From Planctomycetota bacterium (lineage in GTDB: Bacteria > Planctomycetota > UBA1135): a stretch of 64,000 nt of DNA. The position numbers and the translations under genes are program-made. Within the stretch, counting starts at the first letter, position 1; each line of letters begins with the position of its first letter. The notes under the pieces were generated by a model that worked only from the letters and a program-made list of their open reading frames with translations, had not been told where the DNA came from and made no database searches. The DNA is taken from the NCBI GenBank assembly GCA_049609225.1, contig JBMYYH010000002.1, positions 3,368 through 67,367 on the forward strand, given 5' to 3'. Below are positions 63,541 through 64,000 of this stretch, one piece after another.

Positions 63541-64000
63541 TCAGCCGTCGATGCGGCCCGAAACCCGTTCGACGATGGCCTTGCCGATGGCCAGGCTCGA
63601 AGTCGCGGCGGGGGACGGCGCATTGCACACGTTGACGACCTGCGCGTGCTCTTCGAACAGGAAATCGTCGATCATCGACCCATCCGGCATCAGAGCTTGG
63701 GCGCGCACTCCGGCCGGTGCCTTTTCCAGATGGCTTTCGCGAATCTCGGGCATCAGTCGGGCGAGGGCCTTGGTGAAGGCCTTCCGCGACAGGGATCGAT
63801 GCATTTCACCCATGCCACTCTTCCAGTGCTTGGCGATCAACTTCCAGAAGCCGCCATAAGTGAAGGTGCCGCCGAGATCCTTGAGGTTGATGTCGCCCCA
63901 GGTGTAGCCCTCGCGTGCCAAAGCCAACACGGCGTTCGGCCCACATTCCACCGAACCATCGATCATGCGCGTGAAGTGCACGCCCAGGAAGGGGAAGTTC
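63541..64000 (-). CDS. lhgO: L-2-hydroxyglutarate oxidase, C-terminal part (5-prime end outside the window)
   Basis: ...[13 protein letters not shown]...FWKLIAKHW...[25 protein letters not shown] is colinear with the LhgO C-terminus. The reading frame stays open to the window edge. Confidence 0.8.
   Translation of the reverse strand, partial: NFPFLGVHFTRMIDGSVECGPNAVLALAREGYTWGDINLKDLGGTFTYGGFWKLIAKHWKSGMGEMHRSLSRKAFTKALARLMPEIRESHLEKAPAGVRAQALMPDGSMIDDFLFEEHAQVVNVCNAPSPAATSSLAIGKAIVERVSGRIDG

Noticed and set aside
62831-63859. 342-aa ORF on the plus strand
   Set aside because: It is antisense to the hybrid histidine kinase and lhgO, and is Arg/Ala/Ser/Pro-rich.
1-64000. Search by eye for CRISPR arrays, IS elements or transposases, integrases, phage genes, toxin-antitoxin pairs and tRNA/rRNA genes
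   Set aside because: I saw no regularly spaced direct repeats and no transposase or integrase-like ORFs. The non-coding spacers are too short (mostly under 120 nt) and lack tRNA-like features. The absence is based on visual inspection only.

Overview
High-GC bacterial chromosomal segment with about 57 protein-coding genes, densely packed, many joined by ATGA or TGATG start/stop overlaps. I found no rRNA, tRNA, CRISPR array, transposase or integrase. The gene content suggests a Gram-negative PVC/Planctomycetota-like organism, by inference only: an ECF sigma factor coupled to a Ser/Thr kinase, a DUF1570-like HExxH protein, many lipoproteins, secreted beta-propeller and FG-GAP proteins, and weak Shine-Dalgarno signals. 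Ordinary content: a haem O / haem A synthase operon with a cytochrome c and a DUF420 protein, crcB, a kexin-like S8 protease, and a lipid module (fadD, SDR, acyl-CoA desaturase, plsC). Also ordinary: hldD, two sugar-nucleotide loci (rfbF, GT2, epimerases, RmlC-like), a GH13 amylase, a LysR/DoxX/FMN-reductase unit, an S41 peptidase and part of lhgO. Items worth a second look: (1) A lipoprotein signal-peptide ORF and a signal-less ORF lie in one frame, separated only by TGA-ATA-TGA, with a strong hairpin just downstream (50342-50842). (2) Two tandem hybrid histidine kinases, where the downstream copy has Gln at the phospho-His position, sit next to a Ser/Thr pseudokinase (56641-63456). (3) A family of membrane-anchored multi-beta-sandwich proteins with an MxR(I/L)W N-terminus is present as two tandem pairs plus a 5-prime remnant; one pair is divergent from an anti-sigma-less ECF sigma / receptor Ser/Thr kinase pair (37850-47388, 52449-54963). 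(4) A six-gene Cu(I) export operon (cusCBA-copA) carries two unusual secreted accessory proteins, a four-fold YHS/TRASH-repeat protein and a small CCC-motif protein, with no visible regulator (23238-34079). All family calls come from reading motifs by eye; no database search was possible.
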